Origin: Candidatus Melainabacteria bacterium 17Bon1m
GTDB taxonomy: Bacteria; Cyanobacteriota; Vampirovibrionia; Obscuribacterales; Obscuribacteraceae
Length of the DNA: 64,000 nt
Reading direction: 5' to 3'
Assembly (NCBI GenBank): GCA_032128875.1
Contig: JAVLKG010000003.1
Coordinates: 97,008 to 161,007, forward strand
Shown: positions 1 to 10,749 of the stretch, one piece after another
How the letters are laid out: the number at the start of each line of letters is the position of its first letter
How positions within the stretch are numbered: position 1 is the first letter of the stretch
Notes under the pieces: generated by a model
The model's input: the letters and a program-made list of their open reading frames with translations, nothing else
What the model was told of the DNA's origin: nothing
Database searches by the model: none
Program-made: the position numbers and the translations under genes

Positions 1-2
1 GG

Positions 3-104
3 CGTTCGCGCGGCATAACCGGTACGACAGTTGGTCCGGTGGACAAACTGATCGCAACCATTGTCGATGAGCTTATCGAGCGGCTCGCGGCAATTCCAGC
101 TTAG
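3..104 (+). CDS. 3' end of a gene entering from the left edge (partial, unknown product)
   Basis: Frame 3 is open from the window start (RSRGITGTTVGPVDKLIATIVDELIERLAAIPA) to TAG at 102-104 and reads like an amphipathic C-terminal helix. Confidence 0.45.
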   Translation, partial: RSRGITGTTVGPVDKLIATIVDELIERLAAIPA

Positions 105-267
105 CTCGTTGAGGCGCTGCATCGCACCAAGCGTTGCTTGCGCTGATTGAATTACGAGCGACGCTGCGTTGCTCTGCTTCTTCTCTGAAATTCCCGACCG
201 GCAGCGCCGGTTGGGGTTTCGTTCTAACTGTAAGCGGGCGTTTCACAACGCTCAAAGGAGATCTCAT

Positions 268-1419
268 ATGGACGGAAATGATGGCGCTTTTGGCGACCAT
301 GACGGCCATGATGGCGGTATGGGTTCGCATTCTGGTCATGACGCGTACGGAAATCCGGACGCAGGTGGCGCCGGGCACAGTACCTTCGAGGCGCTGAGCA
401 TCGGCTTCAGTCACCAGGGGCATTCGCACGGACACTTCTCCGGCTTCGGTGTGATGGCTCACGGTCATCACTGCCAGAGCGGGCCGAGTGGCTCCGGGCA
501 TGCTTCGCACAGCCATGCGGGCAATCAGCAGGCGCGCTCCAAGCCGGAGCGTTGCGACGTGGCGCCGGAAGTTCCCAACTTCCACGGCGAGCGTCGGATG
601 TTCGTGGCACACGTCGTGGCTCACGGCGACGTCGACATCGCTGCCCACTTGCCCAGCATCGCCAAGAAGTATGACGTCATTCGTCTCGACCTCTTCCGCC
701 CGTCGATGAACGGCGAAGATCGTGTCGAGTATCAACTGGCTGACGATCAGCCGTGGCTGCCGCCTTACGATGTGGTCGATCAGCCTCCGGCTGGTTACTA
801 CCCGAATGCGACTGGCTCAACGCGCTTCGTCAAGCAGATCTGGCAGGTCGGCCGGCGTCCCTCTATCTGGGACAAGGGTTTGGCTGCCTCGCTGCGCATG
901 ATGCGCAAGCACGAGTGGGTGAGCGATCCGCAGTACGATCCGGATGCGAAGACCTTCTTCGAAGTCGGCATCGTGACGTGGAATTACAAAGAGACCGGTG
1001 ACCACGACACGCTCATCACCATCCGTATCGCCTCACAGCTCGTCTGGCAGCGGTACTTCAACCGGTACGGCTACAAGATCATCCCCTTCCAGAAGCATCA
1101 GGAAGCTGCCGCCAAGATTCTCCAGGACCTCCTGGGAGTCCTCAAGGCTGCCGTTCCCAACGAGATGCAGAAGCGAAATCGGGAGTTCTTCGCCGTCACT
1201 CTGCCCGGTCTCGAGAATGCCGAAGGTGACAAGACCACCCCGGCGCCGACCGAGCCGCAGCCTCCTCAGCCTCCGGTGGACAAGTGTCCTCCGGTTCCGG
1301 CTGGTGATGTGCCCGGCTCCGGTGCGGATCTCGGCAAGGTGATTGACGCCGGCACCGACGCAGAGCCCGACAAGTCGGGATTGCAGAAGGTGGACATCGT
1401 CGTCACGGTGCCTCGCTAA
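268..1419 (+). CDS. Hypothetical protein with His/Gly/Ser-rich N-terminus and Pro-rich C-terminus
   Basis: ORF 169..1419; AAGGAG at 255-260 places the start at ATG 268 (MDGNDG...). Strongly C/G-ending codons. Confidence 0.8.
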   Translation: MDGNDGAFGDHDGHDGGMGSHSGHDAYGNPDAGGAGHSTFEALSIGFSHQGHSHGHFSGFGVMAHGHHCQSGPSGSGHASHSHAGNQQARSKPERCDVAPEVPNFHGERRMFVAHVVAHGDVDIAAHLPSIAKKYDVIRLDLFRPSMNGEDRVEYQLADDQPWLPPYDVVDQPPAGYYPNATGSTRFVKQIWQVGRRPSIWDKGLAASLRMMRKHEWVSDPQYDPDAKTFFEVGIVTWNYKETGDHDTLITIRIASQLVWQRYFNRYGYKIIPFQKHQEAAAKILQDLLGVLKAAVPNEMQKRNREFFAVTLPGLENAEGDKTTPAPTEPQPPQPPVDKCPPVPAGDVPGSGADLGKVIDAGTDAEPDKSGLQKVDIVVTVPR

Positions 1420-1433
1420 GGTCGTGAATGTTT

Positions 1434-1486
1434 CATGGAGGGGCGCCGAACTTGTGCTTAGGTGCAGGTTCGGTTGTCCCTCCATG
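1434..1486 (+). terminator. Long stem-loop 3' of the 268..1419 gene
   Basis: catggaggggcgccgaacttgtgc-TTAG-gtgcaggttcggttgtccctccatg pairs over about 24 bp with G-U pairs and one bulge; no clean U-tract. Confidence 0.55.
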
Positions 1487-1598
1487 GACGCTCATGGCTT
1501 CCTTTGGCTCCCTGAATATGTTCTGGTGCGGGTAAACTAATGACCTTCACCAGGACATATTTTTTTGGTTGAAGTTGTCAAGAGGTGAGGGGTAGAGG

Positions 1599-3782
1599 GT
1601 GAAACCCTCGGCAGTTGAGGGGTTTGCGTTGTCCGGCTTTAGCCTAGAAAGCTTTCTCAAAAAACAAATCGGCGATGAAGAAAGCTCCTTTTCTGTGCTT
1701 GACTTCAAGGAATTGCAGCATACTGATTCACTCGCCGAGCGCAGTGATCTCGAATGGCTGAGCACCAACGGACTTGGTTCTTACGCCAGCCAAACCCTTG
1801 CGCTTGCAAATTCTCGCCGCTATCACGGTCTTTTCATTGCCTCTCTCGATCCGCCCGTGCGCCGTACTGTGCTGCTTTCTCGTCTTGATGAAGTGGCAAT
1901 CACAGCAGACGGGAAAGAGACAGAACTCGCTACTTCGTATTGGCAGGGCGATGCAGTCGCTCCGCATGGCTACGATCGTTTGAGTGCCTTCACGAATTTA
2001 CCGGTCCCGACCTGGCAATTCGATTTGCCTGGCGGTGTCCTCGTTAAGCAAGTGACGATGATTCATGGCGAGCAGCGAGTGGTGATCGGCTATACGTGGG
2101 TGCCCAATGAGGCAAACAGCGAGTCTTTGGTTTTAAAAACCGCTGTTTTGGCGAATTTTCGTGATTTTCATAGCGAAACCAAAGGAGATGCAAGCTGGAA
2201 ATTCTTGCAAAACCTGCGCTCTAAAGGCGTTTCCATCCGAGCCTATGATGAAGCAACTGAATGGTATCTCGATTTTTCTTCCGGCACCTACGCAGAAGAT
2301 GGCGACTGGTACTGGAATTACAGTTGGTCGGCTGAGTGGGAGCGCGGACTGGCCGACTCTGAAGATCTCTATCGGACAGGCTATATCACAGTTGATTTGC
2401 AACCGGGTGAATCGTTCACTATTACAGCGGGTTTAGAGAGTGCTCAAGGCTCGTTTGATATCGCAGAAGTTGTTCGCGATGAGTGGATGCGGCAGCAAGA
2501 GATCGTTGCTGCGTCGGGCGTCAGTGGACGAATTGCACAGCAATTGCTCATTGCCGGTGATCAATTTGTCGTGCATCGTGCCTCTACAAATGGTGCGTCG
2601 ATTTTGGCTGGCTACCACTGGTTTTCCGATTGGGGGCGGGACACGATGATCAGCCTCACAGGCTTGCTGATCGAAACTGGAAGGCATGCACTTGCACGCA
2701 GTGTTCTCTCCACTTTTGCAAAATATTTGAGCGAAGGAATGCTCCCCAACCACTTTCCTGATTCTGGGCAAGAGCCGCAATACAACACGATTGATGCCAC
2801 TCTCTGGTGGGCTTTCGCTTTAGATGAGTACTATCGAAACACAGGCGATGTTGCGTTTCTTCTAGAACAAGTGCCACTTCTCGATAAAGTAGTAATCGCT
2901 CACTTGCAAGGCACGCGGCACGGCATCAAAGTCGATCCGGTGGATGGTCTGTTGGAAGGTGGCGAGCCACATGTACAACTCACCTGGATGGATGCAAAAT
3001 GCGGAGATCTTGTAGTAACTCCGCGTCAAGGCAAAGCTGTCGAGGTTAATGCGCTCTGGTTCAACCTTTTGAAGACTCTCGAGTTGTTGCACACGACTCT
3101 TGCATCGGCTGTTCTGGGCTCTGAAGGTGCTGAATTTGACATGCATACGGGGCTTTCCCTTCGATATGCGGACATGGCAGAGAAGGCGCGTGTCGGGTTT
3201 TCGGCTTTCTGGAACGATTCAGAGGGCTGTCTTTTCGATGTAATTGGCAAAGACGGCTACGTAGATCCAAGCATTAGGCCCAACCAGATATTCGCTGTCA
3301 GCCTGCCTTTTAAGGTCATTAGTCCAGAACAGGCGGCTGGTGTTCTCGCCGTTGTGGAAAAGGAGCTCCTGACTGACTTCGGCTTGCGTACCTTGGCACC
3401 GCGTGACCCGGCTTATAAGGGGATATATGGCGAAACAATGGGGGCCGCCGATCAGTACCATCGAGACTTGACCTATCACCAGGGTACTGCCTGGCCGTTT
3501 TTGGCTGGTCATTGGGTCGATGCTAGAGTCGCTATTCATGGGCATCAGAAGAGCAATTTCGAATTCATTGCTGAGAGGCTTCTGCCTCTAATACAGCATA
3601 TGAATGAAGAGGCCTGTATCGGTTCTATATCTGAAATATTCGATGGCGATGAGCCGCACCGTCCCATGGGCTGTATTGCGCAAGCGTGGTCTGTAGCAGA
3701 AGTGACCAGAGTAGTTTTGAAATATCCGCAACTTAGAGAAATTTTGGAAGCGACCGTTGCACCGCCAGCGGTGGCAGTTTAG
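1599..3782 (+). CDS. Glycogen debranching enzyme (amylo-alpha-1,6-glucosidase; GDE_N + GDE_C)
   Basis: EWLSTNGLGSYAS, RRYHGL, AGYHWFSDWGRDTMISL, QLTWMDAK, RPNQIFA, YHQGTAWP, ISEIFDG, QAWSVAE motifs. Confidence 0.95.
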   Translation: MKPSAVEGFALSGFSLESFLKKQIGDEESSFSVLDFKELQHTDSLAERSDLEWLSTNGLGSYASQTLALANSRRYHGLFIASLDPPVRRTVLLSRLDEVAITADGKETELATSYWQGDAVAPHGYDRLSAFTNLPVPTWQFDLPGGVLVKQVTMIHGEQRVVIGYTWVPNEANSESLVLKTAVLANFRDFHSETKGDASWKFLQNLRSKGVSIRAYDEATEWYLDFSSGTYAEDGDWYWNYSWSAEWERGLADSEDLYRTGYITVDLQPGESFTITAGLESAQGSFDIAEVVRDEWMRQQEIVAASGVSGRIAQQLLIAGDQFVVHRASTNGASILAGYHWFSDWGRDTMISLTGLLIETGRHALARSVLSTFAKYLSEGMLPNHFPDSGQEPQYNTIDATLWWAFALDEYYRNTGDVAFLLEQVPLLDKVVIAHLQGTRHGIKVDPVDGLLEGGEPHVQLTWMDAKCGDLVVTPRQGKAVEVNALWFNLLKTLELLHTTLASAVLGSEGAEFDMHTGLSLRYADMAEKARVGFSAFWNDSEGCLFDVIGKDGYVDPSIRPNQIFAVSLPFKVISPEQAAGVLAVVEKELLTDFGLRTLAPRDPAYKGIYGETMGAADQYHRDLTYHQGTAWPFLAGHWVDARVAIHGHQKSNFEFIAERLLPLIQHMNEEACIGSISEIFDGDEPHRPMGCIAQAWSVAEVTRVVLKYPQLREILEATVAPPAVAV

Positions 3783-3819
3783 GTTCATTTACTGGTAGGA
3801 AACCTCAAAGGTACAAGGC

Positions 3820-4992
3820 ATGAAGATTCAACCGAAACACTGCGCAATCGTAGCCGGCTCACTGGCTGGTTTTCTTTCGCTTGGCTGGCAAGCGCAAGCT
3901 CAAAATAAACCAGCCGCAACGGGGTCCCCTGCGAAAGAAGCGGCTGCGCAGCCAGCCAGCAAAACAGCGCCGCCGGCTGGTGTAAAACCCGCTCCACAAG
4001 CAGCTCCCACTGGAGCTCCAAAAGTGATGGTTACGCCTGCGCAGCAAAAGGCACTAGTTTCTTCAGTGAAGAGCTTGCAAGAAGCGGTGAAGTTGAGCCG
4101 TGCTCGCAAATGGCCACAAGCACACGCCGCCTACACGAGTTTGATCAAATCCAATCCTGAGCTTGGTATCGCCTATGCCGACCGCGCTCTTACACTCCTT
4201 GCTATGAAGCGATACGGCGAAGCCGTCGCTGATTGCAACAAGGCTATTGCGCTCCGTAAGGACACTTTCGAGGTCTACAATCGGCGGGCTGTTGCATACA
4301 TGCAAATGAAAAAGTACGACCTGGCATTGGCTGATTTCACTAAGGTCATCAATTTGAACCCCAGCTCAGCCGCAGCCTACCGCGATCGCGCCGTCTGCTA
4401 TTTGCGCAAAGGCGACAAGAAAAATGCTAAGCGCGATATAGACATGGCGAAAAAAGCTATAGGCGGCAAGCTGACCGCTTCCAGCCAGCAGCAGAAAACC
4501 TCATTCCTGGCTGTTAAGGGCGGAAATCTTGTCGACTTGAGTTCTGTGCAGACAGAAAAATTTGATGAGATGATGCAGAAAGACCCTGCTCACAAGCCAA
4601 TGTTCATGCTCCAGCGCGCGACGGTCAATATGCTTCAGGCTAAGCCACAAAAGGCGCTGGAAGATGTAGATCAAGTGCTTAAGCTCAGTGACGCCGACTT
4701 GATCAAAGGTGGATGTCCACCCAGAGACAAAGTTCAACAGCTGCGTATGACCGCGCTGCACAAGCTTGGGCGCCATGGTGATGCAATTGCCGAGAGCAAT
4801 AGTCTATTGAAATTGCATCCAGATGATGAGCAAGCGCGCTTGATTCTAGCTATGTCCTACTATGAAACGGGCAAGTATAAAGAAGCGATGGATGAAGCCG
4901 GCAAGATCAAGAAGAATCCGAAATTGGCACAGGCTGCCAAAATCATTAGAGATAAAGCCGGTAAGGGTGCAAAGGCTAGACCTAAGAAGTAA
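3820..4992 (+). CDS. Secreted TPR-repeat protein
   Basis: Signal-like N-terminus ending AQA, Pro/Ala linker, TPR consensus (AYADRA...YGEAVADCNKAI; YDLALADFTKVINLNP). Confidence 0.85.
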   Translation: MKIQPKHCAIVAGSLAGFLSLGWQAQAQNKPAATGSPAKEAAAQPASKTAPPAGVKPAPQAAPTGAPKVMVTPAQQKALVSSVKSLQEAVKLSRARKWPQAHAAYTSLIKSNPELGIAYADRALTLLAMKRYGEAVADCNKAIALRKDTFEVYNRRAVAYMQMKKYDLALADFTKVINLNPSSAAAYRDRAVCYLRKGDKKNAKRDIDMAKKAIGGKLTASSQQQKTSFLAVKGGNLVDLSSVQTEKFDEMMQKDPAHKPMFMLQRATVNMLQAKPQKALEDVDQVLKLSDADLIKGGCPPRDKVQQLRMTALHKLGRHGDAIAESNSLLKLHPDDEQARLILAMSYYETGKYKEAMDEAGKIKKNPKLAQAAKIIRDKAGKGAKARPKK

Positions 4993-5001
4993 TGGTTGGA
5001 T

Positions 5002-5298
5002 ATGACCGCCGACTCTAATAGCGAAGACAATCCAAAGACCCAAACGGAGACTTCCAGATCATCGGGTGACGGTCGTTATCCACCCTCCCGCACTGCAGTA
5101 GGAGCTGCTGATGAAGGTTCTCCAAGTTATTTGCCGAACGAAGAATTACAGTGTGAGGTAATTGGGTTTCGAGAAGGTGGATTTGAAGTATTGATTCTCC
5201 GAGACGGCAATAAAGCGTTTCTCAAAACCGATCGATACTGCAAATTGGGTGAGATTGTCCTCGCAAGGTTTCAGAACTGGCGGGATCGCCAGCGTTAA
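5002..5298 (+). CDS. Small hypothetical protein (possible S1/OB-like beta domain)
   Basis: ORF directly follows the TPR gene; disordered N-half, then beta-rich CEVIGFREGGFEVLI...FLKT...GEIVLARF. Confidence 0.6.
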   Translation: MTADSNSEDNPKTQTETSRSSGDGRYPPSRTAVGAADEGSPSYLPNEELQCEVIGFREGGFEVLILRDGNKAFLKTDRYCKLGEIVLARFQNWRDRQR

Positions 5299-5662
5299 GT
5301 CCGGCTAAGCAAAAGCGTTTTGGCTATGGGTAGCGCAAGCTGCGCTTGCCGAGTGCTGCGCAAAATGCTTTGCATTACGACACAGAAAATCAATATGACA
5401 AAAGGTTGCATGCGGCTCCCTAAGCTAGTTCGCGTGTCCGAGATTCTTTTCGTTTTATTGCGCGTTTCGACCTTTTTGGTCTCCCTAGCCGGGCAATGCT
5501 AGGTTTCAACCTCAGTTTTTACTTCTGCCCACTGGAAACATACCGACCCCCGAATCAAATAGCCGCTTCGATTTCAGCCCATTTGCCTTGTCGCATTTGA
5601 GATGGAATAGAAGCCGCCGTTTGATTTCAGGGACGTCAAGAGACCTCAACCAGGAAAACCAC

Positions 5663-7519
5663 ATGACAGAAACACATTCCACGTCCACCACACTCGTCGA
5701 ACACAAAAGTTTGAACGAGTGGATCTCGCAGGTTGCCGCTCTCTGCAAGCCCGATCGCATTCATGTCTGCGACGGCTCTCAAGCTGAGGCGGACAAGCTC
5801 ACTGCCGAGATGGTGGTCAGCGGAACTCTCATCCCTCTTAATGCCGAAATTCGCCCGAACAGCTTTCTGGCGCGCTCGGATATCTCGGATGTCGCCCGCG
5901 TGGAGGAACGCACCTTCATCTGCACCAATCAGCCCGAAGAGGCTGGCCCAACCAACAATTGGATGCATCCCACTGAGGCCAAGGAGACTCTTGCAAGACT
6001 TTTCGACGGCTGCATGCGCGGTCGTGTCATGTACGTCATCCCGTTCAGCATGGGACCGCTCGGCTCGAAGATCTCACACATCGGCGTCGAAATCACCGAC
6101 TCGCCTTATGTCGTCGTCAGCATGCGGCTGATGACGCGCATGGGCAAAGCGGTGATGGACGCACTCGGCGCGGATGGGGAATATGTTCCCTGCTTGCATT
6201 CTGTCGGCAAGCCGCTCGCTGCTGGTGAGAAGGACGTCGCATGGCCTTGCAATGCGGAGACGAAGTATATCTGCCACTTCCCCCAGTCGCACGAGATCAT
6301 CTCCTACGGCTCGGGATACGGTGGCAACGCGCTGCTCGGCAAAAAGTGTTTTGCCTTGCGCATTGCTTCGGCGATGGCGCATCAGCAAGGCTGGCTGGCG
6401 GAGCACATGCTCATTCTCGGACTCGAGTCGCCTCAAGGTGTGAAGAAGTACATCGCATGCGCTTTCCCGAGCGCCTGTGGCAAGACCAATCTGGCCATGC
6501 TGGTTCCGCCTAAGGGACTGGAAGGCTGGAAGGTGACGACGGTAGGAGACGACATCGCCTGGATCAAACGCGGCGAGGACAATGTGTTGCGGGCGATCAA
6601 TCCCGAAGCCGGCTATTTTGGCGTGGCACCGGGCACTTCGGCGAAGACCAATCCCAATGCGATCGCTTCTCTTCGTAGCGATTGCATTTTCACGAACGTG
6701 GCGATAACGCCGGAAGGTGATGTCTGGTGGGAAGGTCTCACCGACACGCCTCCAGCTCGCCTCATCGACTGGCAGGGTAATGACTGGACGCCGGATTGTG
6801 GACGCAAAGCCGCTCATCCGAACGCCCGCTTCACGGTTGCTGCGACTAATTGCCCGTCTCTGGATGAGAACTGGGACAACCCCGCTGGTGTGCCGATCAG
6901 CGCTTTCGTCTTCGGTGGTCGTCGACAGACGACGGTACCGCTGGTGGTGCAGGCGTACAGCTGGCGCGACGGCGTGTACATGGGCGCTACGCTCGGCTCC
7001 GAGACCACTGCTGCGGCTGCTGGTGCGGTCGGACAGGTGCGCCGCGACCCGATGGCCATGCTCCCCTTTTGCGGCTACAACATCGGCGATTATTTCGCGC
7101 ACTGGCTGTCCGTTGGCGACAGCATCGAGAACAGCGTGGTGGACGGCGAAGAGAGCGCGCTGCCGCAGATCTTCTGCGTCAACTGGTTCCGCAAGGACCA
7201 GAACGGCGACTTCCTCTGGCCTGGCTACGGCGAAAACATGCGTGTCTTGAAGTGGATCTTCGAGCGCACATCGGGAGTCGGCGGTGCCGAATCTTCGGAA
7301 CTCGGATTCCGTCCGCGCTTCGACGACCTGGACTGGAGCGGTTTCCCTGCTCCGGATGAAGGGCGTTTTGCAGCGTCCATCAAAATCGATGCTGCCGAGT
7401 GGCTTCAGGAGCTGGAGCTGCAGCGGGAATTCTTCGCCAAGGTCGGCAAGCATCTTCCTGCCACTTTCACTTCCATCTTGGAGCGCCTGGAGATGCGCTT
7501 CCAGCCGAAAAAGACGTGA
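5663..7519 (+). CDS. pckG: Phosphoenolpyruvate carboxykinase (GTP)
   Basis: [66 protein letters not shown]; start at ATG 5663 after AGGA. Confidence 0.98.
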   Translation: MTETHSTSTTLVEHKSLNEWISQVAALCKPDRIHVCDGSQAEADKLTAEMVVSGTLIPLNAEIRPNSFLARSDISDVARVEERTFICTNQPEEAGPTNNWMHPTEAKETLARLFDGCMRGRVMYVIPFSMGPLGSKISHIGVEITDSPYVVVSMRLMTRMGKAVMDALGADGEYVPCLHSVGKPLAAGEKDVAWPCNAETKYICHFPQSHEIISYGSGYGGNALLGKKCFALRIASAMAHQQGWLAEHMLILGLESPQGVKKYIACAFPSACGKTNLAMLVPPKGLEGWKVTTVGDDIAWIKRGEDNVLRAINPEAGYFGVAPGTSAKTNPNAIASLRSDCIFTNVAITPEGDVWWEGLTDTPPARLIDWQGNDWTPDCGRKAAHPNARFTVAATNCPSLDENWDNPAGVPISAFVFGGRRQTTVPLVVQAYSWRDGVYMGATLGSETTAAAAGAVGQVRRDPMAMLPFCGYNIGDYFAHWLSVGDSIENSVVDGEESALPQIFCVNWFRKDQNGDFLWPGYGENMRVLKWIFERTSGVGGAESSELGFRPRFDDLDWSGFPAPDEGRFAASIKIDAAEWLQELELQREFFAKVGKHLPATFTSILERLEMRFQPKKT

Positions 7520-7564
7520 GCCTCGCTCGCGGCTATTCGTCGCATTGAGCTGAACGACTGAGTA

Positions 7565-7598
7565 GAGCTGGAGGGGGTGTTTTCGCCCTCTCCAGCTC
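7565..7598. terminator. 15-bp stem-loop between convergent pckG and 7740..8543
   Basis: gagctggagggggtg-TTTT-cgccctctccagctc. Confidence 0.6.
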
Positions 7599-7739
7599 GC
7601 CTCTTCTCGCGCTAGTTCAGAGCCACTCTGCGTTTTCGGCTTTTTACATCCGTGATACGACGACATATAATAGAAAGCGTTCGAAAAACGACTGCACCTG
7701 GTTGCGCTTGTAATTGCGCAGACCAAGGCAGTCGTAGGC

Positions 7740-8543
7740 TTAGAACCGAAGCGCAGGCAAGTCTCTGGTGAGGTCGAGAACGAGCACGCCGACAGCGCGG
7801 AAGCGCGGCAGCTGCTCGAACTCATCATCGACAAACTCTTCACGCTTCGGAGCGTCAGCACCCCAGAGAGACTGAACAATCGAGAGCTTGAGCTTCCACT
7901 CTTCTGCCGAAGCATCGATGCCGAAACGCTTTTGACGTTCGATTCCGTTGTCTTCGTCGAAGATGGGTCCAAGCTGTTCGTTGTCCAGACCTTCCGCATC
8001 CCAGACCAGGTCGATGTCGCTGGGCTTTGGCTTGCTGCTTACGAAGCTGCCGGCAATCGTCACCTTCTTGCACCCTGCCGCCTTCAGCATCGTCAGCGCC
8101 TCGTGGAGGAGCTTCAGCTGCGATTTGCGGTGAGTGTTGAAGGCGAGCTTGTCGACGAATTCTTCGAAGGTAACATGCCAGAATCCAGGCGGCAGCGTGC
8201 CCCATTCGGAAAGCGCCGGGAAACGCATTCCCTCAGGACGGGCAATTCCTTCCACGCGGCTGGGATCGAGTGTGCGGTGTACTTGCAGGTACTGCTTGAT
8301 CTCGAAAACCAGTGCTTCGCGAGCTTGCTTTCCCGCCTCCGTGTGGCGCATGTTGCGTGGCACCATGCGCGCAGCCAAGAACACCTTGCGAAGAATCGCA
8401 TCCGGCGCCTTGATTGCGATGAACATCGAACCAGCGACGCAGAGAAGGCGTCTGTAACTCAAGCGATCGAGCCAGGCATCCTGCGCTGGACGATCACTCA
8501 GTGGAACTAACTTCCGTGTTTTTTCCATATCGTAAACATCCAT
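7740..8543 (-). CDS. DUF6932-like predicted nucleotidyltransferase-fold protein with N-terminal extension
   Basis: LPPGFWHVTFEEF ... AGCKKVTIAGSFVSSKPKPSDIDLVWD (GS-x-DxD pol-beta signature). Confidence 0.7.
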   Translation of the reverse strand: MDVYDMEKTRKLVPLSDRPAQDAWLDRLSYRRLLCVAGSMFIAIKAPDAILRKVFLAARMVPRNMRHTEAGKQAREALVFEIKQYLQVHRTLDPSRVEGIARPEGMRFPALSEWGTLPPGFWHVTFEEFVDKLAFNTHRKSQLKLLHEALTMLKAAGCKKVTIAGSFVSSKPKPSDIDLVWDAEGLDNEQLGPIFDEDNGIERQKRFGIDASAEEWKLKLSIVQSLWGADAPKREEFVDDEFEQLPRFRAVGVLVLDLTRDLPALRF

Positions 8544-9033
8544 ATCTGAACGTCGTCTGACGTTCGGTCATGAGCGTGAGCTGCGCGACGATTCGCGAAG
8601 CAAGCGCTCGGTTGGTTTCCAATCCGCCTCAAGGTTCACCGAACGCAATTTCGAGTGCCGGTCTGCATCTGGCGCCGCAAAGGCGTTCAGAGCTGGTAGT
8701 GAAAGTGCGCTAAGGGTTGGCTTTGTTCAGCTTTGGTGAGTTTCGGTTTTGTGGAAAAGGGTGAAAAGAGATGTCATACACTAACAGCTTTGCCTGTGCA
8801 GAAAAAAGCTTCTCGAAAAGCAGTCGTTAATGCTTCGTGCGTGCGAAAGGTTCACAGACTCATGTTTCTGTATAGGCTTTTTGAAAAGAACTGAGGGCAT
8901 AGGCTTATAACTTATCCAAAAACAATTAAAGGGCGGTAATTTTTCTCTTCGCAAAGCTCGCGTTAGTCTTGGTTTTTCCAAGACTGTCTCAGCTATGACA
9001 CTAGTTCACTAACTGGTTTGCAAAATACAAATA

Positions 9034-9717
9034 CTAGTGCGTACGCTTCTTCGCGGGTTTGTGTTTCGTCGCGTGTGTCGCCTTGCCCTTCGATTCGAGC
9101 GCTGTTTTTATCGTCGGTCCAAAGTAATGCCAGACGCCGTATCCCATGCCGATAATGCACGCCCAGATAAGCGGTCCTTTCAAAATCATGTTGCGCATTT
9201 CCAGTCTGCGCATACGCTTCTTGCCGCGGGCAACTCTGTCGGGATCGGATTTCTCCATTTGCGGTCGGTTGCCGCTTCTCAATTCCTCGGCGTCAATCTC
9301 GAATCGTTGTTTCTGATTGGGTGGAATAGTTTGTTCTTGCTTGTACCGGTCAGGCGCCTCGGGCGGTAAATTTGGCAACTGTTCGATGATATCGCCGATA
9401 TCAACGTTCAAACCTTCGCTTTCCAGCGCCAGTGTGTGGTCTCCGCCGGTTTTGTAGACAAAATAAGCTTGTTTGAGGCCGAGTAACCGCCGCAAAGCCG
9501 CGTAGCCTTTCTCAGTTCGCCCCTGCTCGCAAGTTTCACGATAAATCGCGCCTTTTATGGCGCTTCCCTTGCTGATATAAATTGCGCCTTCTTCCGAGCG
9601 ATCGGTGCTGGCGACATGAATCGTTGAAGTTTCGAAAAATCCCATCGAGAGAATAGTCTGCAAAGCCTTGGCTGCAGAACTGTTGCTGTCGACATGCGTT
9701 TCCAGGATAGTGGTCAT
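9034..9717 (-). CDS. DUF4388 (PatA-N-like) domain protein with C-terminal TM helix
   Basis: EGAIYISKG..IKGA...GYAALRRLLGLKQAYFVY pattern; hydrophobic LIWACIIGMGYGVWHYF near the C-terminus. Confidence 0.65.
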   Translation of the reverse strand: MTTILETHVDSNSSAAKALQTILSMGFFETSTIHVASTDRSEEGAIYISKGSAIKGAIYRETCEQGRTEKGYAALRRLLGLKQAYFVYKTGGDHTLALESEGLNVDIGDIIEQLPNLPPEAPDRYKQEQTIPPNQKQRFEIDAEELRSGNRPQMEKSDPDRVARGKKRMRRLEMRNMILKGPLIWACIIGMGYGVWHYFGPTIKTALESKGKATHATKHKPAKKRTH

Positions 9718-9787
9718 TCCCGGGGGCTGCCTCGCCTTGTTTTAGATTGATCTAGGACACTCCACACCCTACTCATACCCACTTTTT

Positions 9788-10279
9788 TCAGTTTGGAAAG
9801 AAAAACCTATAATCGTTTTCATCATTTCCTGGACGAATCAGGACCAATTTCCCTTCCTCGCGGGTAGGGCGACCACCCCTACCGATGGTCGAATGCATTT
9901 TGGCAACGATGTCTTCAGGCACCATCCGCCCGCGGTTCTTGTTTCTTGTTATGCAAACTTGCAGAGGCGTTTCCATTACCCAAAGTTGAACATCGGCATA
10001 CTCAAACTTTTTGGCGCGGTCGAGAATTTCTTTTCGGTGCAGAGGGTTCGCGTTGGTGTTGTCGATTATCAGATCTGCGCCGTCCGCCATCAACTTTTCC
10101 ATGCACTCGAAAAAAACTTTGAACACTTCCGCCGGATCGCCTTGCTCAACTGCGTCTCCGTAGAGTTCTGCGCGGATGGCGTCGGCGCACAAGATGGTAA
10201 AACCCTTCTCTGCAATCTTGGCTGCCAGCGTAGATTTACCTGAGCCGGGCACTCCGATAAGAAGAATAATTCGCTTCAC
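9788..10279 (-). CDS. AAA_33 family P-loop kinase (polynucleotide-kinase-like)
   Basis: IILLIGVPGSGKST, DAIRAEL, IIDNTN, RNKNR..VPEDIV. Confidence 0.85.
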   Translation of the reverse strand: MKRIILLIGVPGSGKSTLAAKIAEKGFTILCADAIRAELYGDAVEQGDPAEVFKVFFECMEKLMADGADLIIDNTNANPLHRKEILDRAKKFEYADVQLWVMETPLQVCITRNKNRGRMVPEDIVAKMHSTIGRGGRPTREEGKLVLIRPGNDENDYRFFFPN

Positions 10280-10290
10280 TTGCTTGACCC

Positions 10291-10746
10291 CTACGAGACT
10301 TCCTGAGACGGTGGCGGGCTTTCCAGTTGCAGTTTTTTGCGCTTTTCCACTGCTTCGTCATAAGCGACCTTGAGCCAGACAATACCGAGCATGATGCTCA
10401 CACCCATGTATGCCACCAACATGCCCGTTCTCGCATTTGTTTGGTCTTCTCCGGCGACTGCCGCACGGTCAACGAGCCATGGGTTTTGGTAGAAAACCAG
10501 CGCAACCGAGAAGAAGAACAGACCAGTGGCAATGTAAGAAAAGCGAGCTAATTTGGACAATTCTCTCCACGAATACGCGGACTGAACAAAATAGCCGAAA
10601 GAGAAAAGGAAAATCGCCATCGCGTAATGTTGAAAGCGACCGATTGAAATGATGTGCTGCACTGGTGTCACCCAGAGGGCAACGGATAACAAGGCGAACA
10701 AAATCACCAGGTGATAGCGGCGAGTTTCTTTCAGGTACTGACTCAT
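10291..10746 (-). CDS. Hypothetical membrane protein (about 4 TM)
   Basis: Four hydrophobic segments; starts 3 bp downstream of pyrC. Confidence 0.8.
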   Translation of the reverse strand: MSQYLKETRRYHLVILFALLSVALWVTPVQHIISIGRFQHYAMAIFLFSFGYFVQSAYSWRELSKLARFSYIATGLFFFSVALVFYQNPWLVDRAAVAGEDQTNARTGMLVAYMGVSIMLGIVWLKVAYDEAVEKRKKLQLESPPPSQEVS

Positions 10747-10749
10747 TTT

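Noticed and set aside
73-735. 220-aa minus-strand ORF
   Set aside because: Antisense to 268..1419, which has the RBS and the codon bias.
6074-7999. 641-aa minus-strand ORF
   Set aside because: Antisense shadow of GC-rich pckG; no motifs or RBS.
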